The translations under genes and the position numbers were made by a program. A stretch of 39,283 nt of DNA from Acutalibacteraceae bacterium (GTDB lineage Bacteria > Bacillota > Clostridia > Oscillospirales > Acutalibacteraceae), in contig JAXJJE010000338.1 in NCBI GenBank assembly GCA_036298405.1, positions 1-39,283 on the forward strand, written 5' to 3'. This document shows, in pieces, positions 26,702-36,324 of the stretch. Position 1 is the first letter of the stretch; each line of letters opens with the position of its first letter. The notes under the pieces are model-generated. The model had not been told where the DNA came from. It made no database searches and saw nothing but the letters and a program-made list of their open reading frames with translations.

Positions 26702-27547
26702 TTATTTTGCTACTCTTGGCACTGTGCGAATTACCACAAAGTTTAAATGACCTCTATAACGATCTTCTTCTGCAACTGAGGAAGAGAAATTACTTGTGTC
26801 TTCACTCATTCTTAACTGATTTCCACCAGTATGCGATTCCATATTGTTAATAACCATTCCAGTCATTACTGAATATGCACCCTCTTTTGAGCTATATTTA
26901 TCTTTATCAAATGTGTCGCCAGACTTCTTTGAGTAAAGCAACTCAAAATCAGTTGGAGAAGTTATCGCATAGTCTAATAGTACTGTATCAACAGAACTAT
27001 TAGCTGTTCTGCACACCCAATCAATCTCTTTTATATTGTGGAATGTAACAATCTCTTTAAAAGGAATACCTGTAGGTAGTAAGGTTTCGTCATACTTTAC
27101 TATTTTATACGTCATTTCTCCTGATCGGTATATAAATATATCTATATACGTATCATTCGGATCATTTTCAGCATCTTGCAACTTAAAATCAGGATCAGGA
27201 TTAGTAGGATCATTACGATTATGCCAATACCATCTGACTGCATCACTAATAGTACTTCCTGGTCCAAATGCAGCATTATTTGAAAGATCGACTAGGTCTA
27301 TTTTTGTTGCATTTTTAGCATATAAATTAACATTCTCTTGAAATAGTGACACTGAACGTTCACATTCAGACAATGCTTCCACCCTTCTAAATTCCTCACC
27401 AGCTATTACCATAGCCTCTAAAGAAAGTGAAGTGACAATTGCAAGAATCGCTACTGTAGCAATTAATTCAACAAGTGTTGTACCACGCTTGCTTTTACAT
27501 TTTTTTGTTAAGCGTCTCATGGCGTCAGATTTAAACACTCTAGTCAT
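26702..27547 (-). CDS. Minor type IV pilin-like protein
   Basis: Class III signal KSKRG|TTLVELIATVAILAIV; ATG at 27547 with GGAGG RBS, adjacent to the upstream stop. Confidence 0.85.
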   Translation of the reverse strand: MTRVFKSDAMRRLTKKCKSKRGTTLVELIATVAILAIVTSLSLEAMVIAGEEFRRVEALSECERSVSLFQENVNLYAKNATKIDLVDLSNNAAFGPGSTISDAVRWYWHNRNDPTNPDPDFKLQDAENDPNDTYIDIFIYRSGEMTYKIVKYDETLLPTGIPFKEIVTFHNIKEIDWVCRTANSSVDTVLLDYAITSPTDFELLYSKKSGDTFDKDKYSSKEGAYSVMTGMVINNMESHTGGNQLRMSEDTSNFSSSVAEEDRYRGHLNFVVIRTVPRVAK

Positions 27548-27549
27548 CC

Positions 27550-28206
27550 TCAACCTCCTATAGTTTCTATTTGTGGGAACACACATACCTCACCTTCACA
27601 GGTAACAAATGCATTTTCTGTATAGTATACATATGTAGTAACCTTGTAAAGCTGGTATTTTTTTGTTGTACCATCTTTTAATAATTTGTCATCGTATCTT
27701 TCGATTGTGTAATACTGATATTTCTTATCTTTACCCTCAGGTGTTTTTTTATCGTTTTCCTTTTGAGTTTCAACAGCAGCTTGATCTCCAGTTACAGGCT
27801 TTAGCTTTAGATATTGAGTTTGATCATATGCAACTGGAACATTGTTGTGTTCAAACTTGATGGCTGTGTCTCTTTCAATATCATTGTTAAAATTATCTGT
27901 AATTTCACAATAAGGATGTCGATTAATAAAATTATCACCTAGTGTTAAACTAGTACCTGTTGTAAATTTACGATTTTCAGCAATAGACACAATTGATGAC
28001 ATAATTATATCGCAATTTCGTTGAGCAACAGACTGTGCATCATTTTTTACAGCTCCCATCATGGCAGAGCGATAGCTTATGCTAAGTCCACGTACTGTAG
28101 CACTTATTACGATTAACAAAATCATAACAGCCAATATCAGCTCTACCAGACTGAAACCTTTTTTACTATTGAATTTACTTCTTTTAGCTTTCAATAGATT
28201 TTTCAT
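27550..28206 (-). CDS. Minor type IV pilin-like protein (PilV-like)
   Basis: Class III signal SKKG|FSLVELILAVMILLIV. Confidence 0.87.
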   Translation of the reverse strand: MKNLLKAKRSKFNSKKGFSLVELILAVMILLIVISATVRGLSISYRSAMMGAVKNDAQSVAQRNCDIIMSSIVSIAENRKFTTGTSLTLGDNFINRHPYCEITDNFNNDIERDTAIKFEHNNVPVAYDQTQYLKLKPVTGDQAAVETQKENDKKTPEGKDKKYQYYTIERYDDKLLKDGTTKKYQLYKVTTYVYYTENAFVTCEGEVCVFPQIETIGG

Positions 28207-28225
28207 AAAATTCAGTACTCCTTAA

Positions 28226-30679
28226 TTAATAGTACTTTTCTATAATTATAGTTTTACTTCCTTCTGAAACTAGCTTGTAGTTCTCACCATCCATTTCTTT
28301 GGCTCTTTTAAGAATTTCGCCACCATTATAGATGTCGAACTCTGTTTCTCCAGCCTTTGCAGGAATTTCAAATGCTCTACCTGATTCACCCTTAAATTTA
28401 ATTATCTCTACAGACTCTTTTTCAGATTTCTTCATTTTAATGGTTAATGTGCTAGAGATTGGTATACTGTGTTTTCCATCGTCTGTACCATCGTCATAAA
28501 TAAGCTTGTTAATATTACTATCAACCAAAAACTCATTGTGAAGACTAAATGGAGCTGTAGCGCCCTTTTGGAATCTGTAGATATGTTCAACATTATCTTT
28601 AATTGGTAGTACATCAACCATTGGAGATATAGCTATTCTGTTAGCAGAACTATTAAACAAACTTAGAGCTCTTATTGTTTGTGCAGTAACACTAGCTGGC
28701 ATTACACTCGCATTACCTGTTGAAACAGTTGATACATCACTAGTTTGAGGAGTTTGATCACCAGCATTTGTTGTATCTGGGACAAAGAATTTTTTAGCCT
28801 CATCTGAGAATAGATTTAAACCATTTTGTATTCCTTTATACACGCCAGTTTTAATTGTATATTCGCCACCTGAGTACTTTACCTTGATTGGAGACATTAC
28901 GTGAAGTGTTGGTGTATCGCTATCGGCAGAATTAGGACCTTGAGAACCATATAAACACCAAGAAGCATCGCCTGTACCTGACATTACATTAGACACTTTT
29001 ACCTCCTTGCCATTAGCATCTATTGCTGTAGGACCAATTGTCAAAACAATGGTTGGGGCACTCATTCTTACATGAGCTCCATTAGCCACAGTTAATGGAG
29101 TATCAGTATTTCTGAACCACTGGAAATTAAGAGATCTTCCACAATACCAGTTATAGTATCCCTCTTCTGTAATAGGGAAGTTTGGAGACATAAAGACATT
29201 ATGCTTAGTTCTTACAGAATAAGTAGGATGCCAATTCTCATTTTTTGAAAAGCCTGTTTGGTCATTATCCTGATCAGTATTATATTTACCATCATGGGTT
29301 ATAATACGAACACTGCTTGACTGTACGTTCTCGTAGTTACTTTCCTCAGTACCAGTATGGATTTCTCCAGTTTTTATATAAGTGTCAATGGTACCGTACA
29401 TATTGAATTCTGTCCAATATTTAATAGTTGCAGAGTCAGTGATCTTCTTTTTCCATGTATTCTTATCTGTAATTGGTGCACCCTCATTACCTGCACCTGT
29501 ATAGATCTCATAATAGCCTTCTGATACATCAAAATGGTCAACATACTTCTTATCAGTATTAAGAATATAGAATCTAGTAGTACCACTTACATAGGCTACA
29601 ACAGTGTTTTTATTTTCATTACCTGAGTATTTTATAACAGGATCATAATCTGTGATTGTATCCCTATCACTTCTTCTGATTGTAACAAAGTTATTTCTTA
29701 TGCAGAAAAATTTACAACCAAATGCCTGACGATATTTTTCATTCTGTGTTATATATGATACTAAGCCTAAATCAGTACCATCAGTAACAAATTGCTGAGG
29801 AACATCACCTGATCCTTCACCAAGTAGGTAAAATCCCTCATTAACAGCGTTAAGTGAAACTCTGTCCATATCAGATGTAACTTTAACCATCTTATCATAT
29901 ACTACTGGGAAATATGTATAAGCATAAGTATCATCACGGTTTTCGTTATACGGTATATAATAGATACAATTCAAATCTGCGTTAGCGCCAGCATTCTGAT
30001 GAAAAGTATACTGGTTAAGTGTACGTCCAGTCGACTGGTTACCTTGACCATTATAAGTAGCTTCATTTAAGCAAGTCTGCTGTCCAACAAGCATAAACCT
30101 ACTATTGCTTGATGGATTGTCTGGTGATGGGTTTGATGGTTTCTCTGTTGGTAACAACTCGAACTCATATGTCTTAACATGTATCATATCAAATGATAGG
30201 TCGCCTCTGTTCATACTAACATTATTGTTGTACTTACCAGTTGTATTCAAAGCTGTAACGCTATGCTTATTTTCGCCTTTGTTAACAACCTTAAAGTATG
30301 TTCCTTCGCCACCTACAATTGTATGACCATCTTTCATTAATTCTTTTAAAGCACTTCGAGCATCATTTTCACGTTCATAGTATATAGATCTTAATGGACC
30401 ATTTGGACCACCCTTGTAATACATTACATAATAGCCAGTCTCGCCATTTGAAGGCAAATCGTTTACTGCGTTATCTCTAAGAGCATTCTGTGCAACATCA
30501 AGACCACTCTTAGCTGAAATATACGCCTGACGTGTGTTCATATTAGAACCCGTTTCTGTTTGCTGTAGCAGTGCAACTGTAGTGATACCACCGGTAACTA
30601 GTATCATAAACAAGCAAATTGTTAATGCTACTGCAAGGGACATACCCTTTTTGCTTTTGAAATTTAATTTCGCTAGCAT
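28226..30679 (-). CDS. Large PilX/GspK-like pilin with long C-terminal extension
   Basis: SKKG|MSLAVALTICLF (no Glu5, as in PilX/GspK) and QAYISAKSGL motif; about 750-aa beta-rich extracellular region. Confidence 0.75.
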   Translation of the reverse strand: MLAKLNFKSKKGMSLAVALTICLFMILVTGGITTVALLQQTETGSNMNTRQAYISAKSGLDVAQNALRDNAVNDLPSNGETGYYVMYYKGGPNGPLRSIYYERENDARSALKELMKDGHTIVGGEGTYFKVVNKGENKHSVTALNTTGKYNNNVSMNRGDLSFDMIHVKTYEFELLPTEKPSNPSPDNPSSNSRFMLVGQQTCLNEATYNGQGNQSTGRTLNQYTFHQNAGANADLNCIYYIPYNENRDDTYAYTYFPVVYDKMVKVTSDMDRVSLNAVNEGFYLLGEGSGDVPQQFVTDGTDLGLVSYITQNEKYRQAFGCKFFCIRNNFVTIRRSDRDTITDYDPVIKYSGNENKNTVVAYVSGTTRFYILNTDKKYVDHFDVSEGYYEIYTGAGNEGAPITDKNTWKKKITDSATIKYWTEFNMYGTIDTYIKTGEIHTGTEESNYENVQSSSVRIITHDGKYNTDQDNDQTGFSKNENWHPTYSVRTKHNVFMSPNFPITEEGYYNWYCGRSLNFQWFRNTDTPLTVANGAHVRMSAPTIVLTIGPTAIDANGKEVKVSNVMSGTGDASWCLYGSQGPNSADSDTPTLHVMSPIKVKYSGGEYTIKTGVYKGIQNGLNLFSDEAKKFFVPDTTNAGDQTPQTSDVSTVSTGNASVMPASVTAQTIRALSLFNSSANRIAISPMVDVLPIKDNVEHIYRFQKGATAPFSLHNEFLVDSNINKLIYDDGTDDGKHSIPISSTLTIKMKKSEKESVEIIKFKGESGRAFEIPAKAGETEFDIYNGGEILKRAKEMDGENYKLVSEGSKTIIIEKYY

Positions 30680-30734
30680 TGTTTCTCACACTCCTTTAAA
30701 TTTTTGTAACCATAAATAATAATATATTAGTAAA

Positions 30735-31976
30735 TTATGCAATAACTGCATACATACCAAACATAGCCTGAACAATAGCAATAACAACGAAGCCTACTAC
30801 GCCAGCAATAATCATTGTCATTGCAGGTGTCATAGCGTCTGTCATTACCTGTGTTGCATCGTCTGCCTTTTCTTCGTACATATCGGCAATTTTGATAAGA
30901 GAGTCAGCAAGCTGACCACTTTCTTCACCAACTCGTACCATTGAAGAGAACAAGCTGTCAAATACATCTTTATATCTGTTCATAGAAATGTTAATAGGTG
31001 TACCTATTTTTACATCTTCAATTACCTGTGTCAGACAGTCTCTCATATACATATTTCCAATTACATCTCTAGCCAATGTAAGTGAATCAAGAATGTTTAC
31101 ACCACTTTCAGTAAGTGTTGCCATCATATTAGCAAATCTTGCAATATTTGTCAATCGTATAACTTCACCAATAATCGGTACTTTAATGGCAAGGTTTGCT
31201 GTAAACATTGCAAAAGCGTAGTTTTTCTTATGTAAAGTAACAAGAGTAATACTAAGTACAACTACAACGATAATAAGTAGCCAACCCCAATTAATCATAA
31301 AGTCAGACATACCCATTACTATTTGAGTCATTTTAGGCAAGTCAGAACCAAAGCTGGCAAACAAATCACTAAATGATGGTAATACTACAACGCTCATTAC
31401 GATAATCAAAGCAATTGTTAGTATCAACAGGAATATTGGGTACATCATTGCAGACTTGATTTTACCTGATAGCTTCATTTCCTTTTTAAGCAACTGTGTA
31501 CATTGCTCAAATGATTCATCAATCTTACCGTTTGCCTCACCAGCTTGAATGATATTGATATACAAAATAGGGAAGGTTTTAAAAGCACCCATTGCTCTTG
31601 ATAGTGTTAAACCGTTATATAGGTTTACGCTGATATCACGCAAAATAGCACGCATCTTCTTATCTTTTTCTGCGTCAATCAAAACCTCCATAGCTACTGA
31701 CAACGAAATACCTGAACGCATCATCAATGCCATCTGGTGGAAGAATACAAGCATTTTCTTTTTAGAAAGCTTTAATGTATGTACGTCTTTTTCTCCACCA
31801 ATTTCCATATCCCAAATAGAAGTTTCTTCTTCTTTCTTACTTGCTTCCACAACAGAAAGTGGGTTAAGGTTTCTGGCTCTAAGATTCTTTCTTACTTCCT
31901 CGGCACTTTCAGCAACCATTTCGTTCTTATACTTACGGTTTTTTTCGTTAACCGCTACATAATAATACTTTGGCAT
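30735..31976 (-). CDS. pilC: Type IV pilus platform protein (T2SS F family)
   Basis: FFHQMALMMRSGI, AGEANG, KIKSAMMYP, VGEESGQL; three TM segments. Confidence 0.95.
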   Translation of the reverse strand: MPKYYYVAVNEKNRKYKNEMVAESAEEVRKNLRARNLNPLSVVEASKKEEETSIWDMEIGGEKDVHTLKLSKKKMLVFFHQMALMMRSGISLSVAMEVLIDAEKDKKMRAILRDISVNLYNGLTLSRAMGAFKTFPILYINIIQAGEANGKIDESFEQCTQLLKKEMKLSGKIKSAMMYPIFLLILTIALIIVMSVVVLPSFSDLFASFGSDLPKMTQIVMGMSDFMINWGWLLIIVVVVLSITLVTLHKKNYAFAMFTANLAIKVPIIGEVIRLTNIARFANMMATLTESGVNILDSLTLARDVIGNMYMRDCLTQVIEDVKIGTPINISMNRYKDVFDSLFSSMVRVGEESGQLADSLIKIADMYEEKADDATQVMTDAMTPAMTMIIAGVVGFVVIAIVQAMFGMYAVIA

Positions 31977-31979
31977 AAG

Positions 31980-33155
31980 TTACCTCCTATTGTTTAAATA
32001 GGCAGTTGTACCACCCATTGGACCAGGAGCTCTACCTGGAGCTTGCATTGGCATGCCCTGTGGTGGCATTCCTTGAGGAGCCATTCCCATAGCCATTGAT
32101 CTGTCTTCAAAAACTTCATTTCTACCTGCATCAAAGCTATATTCGTATGCAGTTTCTCTTGAAATAAGTCCTCTTGCAAGAAGATTGTCGATAGACATCT
32201 TTCTTGTGATCATGCCGGCACCTTGGTTAAGCTCGATTGTCTGTTCAATCTGAGGAATTTTACCCTCACGAATAAGGTTAGCAATAGCCGAGTTAACAAA
32301 CATAATCTCAAACATACCAATTCTACCCTTAACATCGCATCTTGGTAATAGTCTTTGCGAAACAACAGCTTTTAGTGTAGTTGACAGCTGGCTTAATGCC
32401 TGCTTTTGTCTTTCTACTGGATACATATCTATCAAACGGTCAATAGTCTTTGCCGCACTTTCTGTATGAAGTGTTGAGAACACTAAGTGACCTGTTTCAG
32501 CAGCTCTTAACGCAATTTCCATTGATTCAAGATCTCGAATCTCACCCATAAGAATAATATCTGGGTCTTCACGCAACACAGCTCTTAGTGCTGTTGAGTA
32601 TGTCTCACTATCGTGACCGATTTCTCTTTGGTTAATAATGCACTTATTTGGTGTGTGCATATACTCAACTGGATCCTCCAATGTGATAATATGCAGATTC
32701 TTAATTTTGTTAATCTCGTTAATAATTGAAGCGATAGTTGTTGATTTACCACTACCTGTAGGACCTGTTACAAGTACCAGACCTTCTTGTAAAAGTAATA
32801 TCTTACCCAAAGACTCTGGCAAATTCAAGCTTGTCATCTCTGGTGGTTGCTCTTTAATAGTACGCATTACAAGAGATGAACCATGTCTTTGACGGAATGC
32901 ATTTACTCTGAATCGAGAACAACCCTCTAGTGCATATGAACAGTCGTAGTCACCAGTTGCTAAAAAATCTGGCAACCCATCTGGTGGTAATACCTGAGCA
33001 ATATAATCTATTACTGTGTCGTCATCAAGTACAGGCATATTCTCAAAATAGTTAACAACACCATTTACTCTGTAAGCAGGCACATTATTACTTGACAAGT
33101 GAATATCAGATGCATTATGTGCAACTGCAAATCTTATCATTTCTTTGAGTTCCAA
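31980..33155 (-). CDS. pilT: Type IV pilus retraction ATPase
   Basis: ASDIHL, RFRVNAF, GPTGSGKSTT, LEDPVEY, LREDPDIILMGEIRD, AETGHLVFSTLHT, AIANLIRE; TTG start. Confidence 0.95.
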   Translation of the reverse strand: MELKEMIRFAVAHNASDIHLSSNNVPAYRVNGVVNYFENMPVLDDDTVIDYIAQVLPPDGLPDFLATGDYDCSYALEGCSRFRVNAFRQRHGSSLVMRTIKEQPPEMTSLNLPESLGKILLLQEGLVLVTGPTGSGKSTTIASIINEINKIKNLHIITLEDPVEYMHTPNKCIINQREIGHDSETYSTALRAVLREDPDIILMGEIRDLESMEIALRAAETGHLVFSTLHTESAAKTIDRLIDMYPVERQKQALSQLSTTLKAVVSQRLLPRCDVKGRIGMFEIMFVNSAIANLIREGKIPQIEQTIELNQGAGMITRKMSIDNLLARGLISRETAYEYSFDAGRNEVFEDRSMAMGMAPQGMPPQGMPMQAPGRAPGPMGGTTAYLNNRR

Positions 33156-33179
33156 TTTAGCACCATCCTTTCTTTAAAA

Positions 33180-34886
33180 TTAATCTTCTTTGTATACCTC
33201 AGCAACTGTATCGTAATATGTTTCAAACGAAATAATACCCTCAACAAGTAGTCGTCTTAGATTTTCTCTCATTGAAATCATACCATTTTCAATTGCAATC
33301 TGGTTAATTTGTTCGGTTGTTTTGTTTTCGTGAATAGCATGCTTAATATGGTTGTCAACAACCATTATTTCGTGTACAGCCATACGTCCTTTGTTACCCA
33401 CATTACCACAACGTTCACAACCACCCTTTTTAGCATCGTATATAGTAATGTCACTGTCAAGTGGCATACCAAGCATACCAAGCTCACTTTCGGTCGCCTT
33501 ACGAGCTACTCTACAATATGGACAAAGCTTACGTACAAGCTTCTGTGCTATAACACCTAGCAAAGAAGATGATACCATAAACTTTTCAACACCCATATCT
33601 ATAAGTCTTACTACTGAGCTGGCTGCGTTATATGTATGTATTGTTGACAATACCAAGTGACCTGTGATAGCCGCTGATGCCGCAATTTCTGCTGTTTCCT
33701 TATCTCGAATCTCACCAACCATGATAACATCAGGGTCCTGTCTCAAAATAGAACGCAAAACGCTTGCAAATGTAAGACCTGCTTTTTCGTTAATATTTAC
33801 CTGTGTAATACCAGGAATTACCATTTCTACAGGGTTTTCTACTGTAATAATATTTGTTTCATCGTTATTCAGCTGTGAAAGACCTGTATAAAGTGTTGTT
33901 GACTTACCAGAACCTGTAGCACCTGATAGAAGAATAATGCCTCGGTTAGAGTGTAACAACATTTCAAACTTTTCTCTATTTTCTTGTAAGAAACCTATAC
34001 CATCCAGCTCTAGCTTAATACCAAGAGCTGTGGTAATACGAATAACTATTTTTTCACCGAATACACCTGGAAGATCAGATACACGCATGTCGATTTTTGT
34101 TTTATTTACATTATAGTGCAATCTACCATCCTGAGGTATTCTTTTTTCAGCGATATTCATTCCCGAAATAAACTTGATACGGCTTATAATTGAAGGTGCA
34201 AGCTGTTTGGTAATTCTTGTATACTCTCTAAGCTTACCATCAACACGGAAACGAATTCTCATCTCTTCTTCTTGTGGCTCGATATGAATATCAGAAACCT
34301 TCATTGCAACAGCGTCTTCAAACATTTTGTTAACCAGCTTGATAATCGGCTGATCTTCAATGTCTTCTACCTCTTCTTTAGAGTTTTCGTCAGCTGACAT
34401 CTGTGACATAATGTATTCCTGAGCTTCGTCATACATCTTTGCTTGCTGGTCAGAATGGAACATAATTGATTGTTGTTCCTTTATTTGAGAAGGTGTAGCA
34501 ACAACCATTCTTACTTTCTTTTTTACATACTTACTTACCATATTTGTTATACGGTAATCAAGTGGATTAGATGTAGCAAAAACAAGTCTGCCATTTTCTT
34601 CAGCAATAGGAACTATTCCATATTCCTCAACCATCGACTGCGGTAGAACGCCATACATTTCTTCTGGTATCTTGGTTACTTCAAAATTAACAATTTCTTG
34701 TCTGATACGCTCTGCAAGTGTAGAATAAATATCCCATTCACTTACAAGATTTTCCTCTATAAGTATATCCTCAAGAGTTTTTGTATCATCATCCTGATAT
34801 TTTTGCTGAATTCTCTTAATTTCCTTTAAGGGAACAAGATCTTTCGCAACAAGCTCATTTTGAATATTAAAATTAGAACTTTTCAT
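33180..34886 (-). CDS. pilB: Type IV pilus assembly ATPase
   Basis: SDIHIEP, IAEKRIPQDGR, GATGSGKSTT, ILRQDPDVIMVGEIRD, TGHLVLSTIHT, Zn site CPYC...CERC. Confidence 0.95.
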   Translation of the reverse strand: MKSSNFNIQNELVAKDLVPLKEIKRIQQKYQDDDTKTLEDILIEENLVSEWDIYSTLAERIRQEIVNFEVTKIPEEMYGVLPQSMVEEYGIVPIAEENGRLVFATSNPLDYRITNMVSKYVKKKVRMVVATPSQIKEQQSIMFHSDQQAKMYDEAQEYIMSQMSADENSKEEVEDIEDQPIIKLVNKMFEDAVAMKVSDIHIEPQEEEMRIRFRVDGKLREYTRITKQLAPSIISRIKFISGMNIAEKRIPQDGRLHYNVNKTKIDMRVSDLPGVFGEKIVIRITTALGIKLELDGIGFLQENREKFEMLLHSNRGIILLSGATGSGKSTTLYTGLSQLNNDETNIITVENPVEMVIPGITQVNINEKAGLTFASVLRSILRQDPDVIMVGEIRDKETAEIAASAAITGHLVLSTIHTYNAASSVVRLIDMGVEKFMVSSSLLGVIAQKLVRKLCPYCRVARKATESELGMLGMPLDSDITIYDAKKGGCERCGNVGNKGRMAVHEIMVVDNHIKHAIHENKTTEQINQIAIENGMISMRENLRRLLVEGIISFETYYDTVAEVYKED

Positions 34887-34905
34887 ATCGAGTACTCCCT
34901 TTTAT

Positions 34906-35679
34906 TTAGATAAACAAACTAAAATACAAACTAATTAAGTAAGCAATAGGCTGGTGTAATACTACCACCAAATATACACCTATGCATATTGAAGGACCGA
35001 AGGGAATATAATTCTCTGTTTCCTTTTTTCTTAAGGTATTGACAATAACTGTCAATATAATAATTAAAAACGCAATTAAAACTGCTATTAACAAAGCAAT
35101 GCCCACTTGTGGAAACCCAGTAGCTATACCGATACCCGCAAACAGTTTAACATCACCAAAGCCCATTCCGTCTTTTTTTGCTATAAGTATTGTAAGTAAA
35201 TTAACAATAATTATAAGTGCTGCAACGCTTATACCACCCACAAGTGGTGACCACCATGACTTTATTATATACTTACCATTAAAGAAATCGTAATATGCAA
35301 ACATCAGTGAAAACACTGCTGAAAGTATTGCGAATTGATCGGGTATTATATAATATTTACAGTCTGATAAAATTATCATAGTGAGTACAAAGGATAACAC
35401 CATTAATATAGGAGTATATATTGTAAAACCATATACCAGATATATCAACGCAAAGGCAGCTGCTGATAGCACACTGCCTGTTACGTATAATGAAGCTCCC
35501 TTAAATCTTTTTCCACTAAGCATTTCTTCTGACGGTTCTTCGTCATAATCACATAGCCATGGAGCAGGTACTCGGTTTAGCACAAACACACTGCACACAA
35601 ATAGCAATGCACCTAAAATTGCCGACACTATAACCATTATAACATTAAATAGTGTTAGATCAATAATAAAGCTAAACAT
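34906..35679 (-). CDS. pilD: Prepilin peptidase (A24), lacking the N-terminal Zn/methyltransferase domain
   Basis: SDCKYYIIPD, GMGFGDVKL, IPFGPSI; multiple TM helices; no CxxC pairs. Confidence 0.88.
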   Translation of the reverse strand: MFSFIIDLTLFNVIMVIVSAILGALLFVCSVFVLNRVPAPWLCDYDEEPSEEMLSGKRFKGASLYVTGSVLSAAAFALIYLVYGFTIYTPILMVLSFVLTMIILSDCKYYIIPDQFAILSAVFSLMFAYYDFFNGKYIIKSWWSPLVGGISVAALIIIVNLLTILIAKKDGMGFGDVKLFAGIGIATGFPQVGIALLIAVLIAFLIIILTVIVNTLRKKETENYIPFGPSICIGVYLVVVLHQPIAYLISLYFSLFI

Positions 35680-35687
35680 ATATTAAA

Positions 35688-36311
35688 TTACTTCTCTGTA
35701 GCAGCCTCTGTTGGTGGCTCTGTTGCTACAATTGCTTCTGACATATCGTAGTAGTATAGGGTTATTGCCATTGATACATTAAACATTTCGCCGCTATCGC
35801 CAACCTGTTCCATACCACATGACTCAACATAGTAACAACCCTTTGAGCCTTCCTCCAGATATTTTAAGAAGTTTATTGTTTTTGCATATGTATCTTTGTA
35901 GGTTACAGTAATTGGTACCTTCTTTACAGGGTAACCACCTGTTGACACTCTGCACTTCTCATCATCACCAGCTCCACCTAGTGAATAATTTTGAAGTATA
36001 ATATTATTTTCACGACAATAACGCTCGATATCCTTTGAAGATTCCTTACGGTCTATAAAAAGCTCTTTTTCTTTTTGTTCAAACTCAGCCTGATTTTTCT
36101 TAATTTCAGCCTCGATAGAATCCCTCATTTTAATCGCTTGATCATAGTCTCTTATTTCTTTCAAAACCTGTGTATGTGCTTGCTGCATATTTCCAGCATC
36201 TCTCATTAGAGGATAACCGACAAAAATCATAAACACAACAATTGCAATAATTGTACCTAATAGGAGATAGATAAATTTTGGAATTCTTTTTGCATCAAAT
36301 TGATTATTCAT
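35688..36311 (-). CDS. PilO-like alignment protein
   Basis: Single N-terminal TM, coiled coil, ferredoxin-like C-domain (PITVTYKDTYAKTINFLKYLE); position after pilMN. Confidence 0.7.
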   Translation of the reverse strand: MNNQFDAKRIPKFIYLLLGTIIAIVVFMIFVGYPLMRDAGNMQQAHTQVLKEIRDYDQAIKMRDSIEAEIKKNQAEFEQKEKELFIDRKESSKDIERYCRENNIILQNYSLGGAGDDEKCRVSTGGYPVKKVPITVTYKDTYAKTINFLKYLEEGSKGCYYVESCGMEQVGDSGEMFNVSMAITLYYYDMSEAIVATEPPTEAATEK

Positions 36312-36324
36312 TTTTTATACCTCC

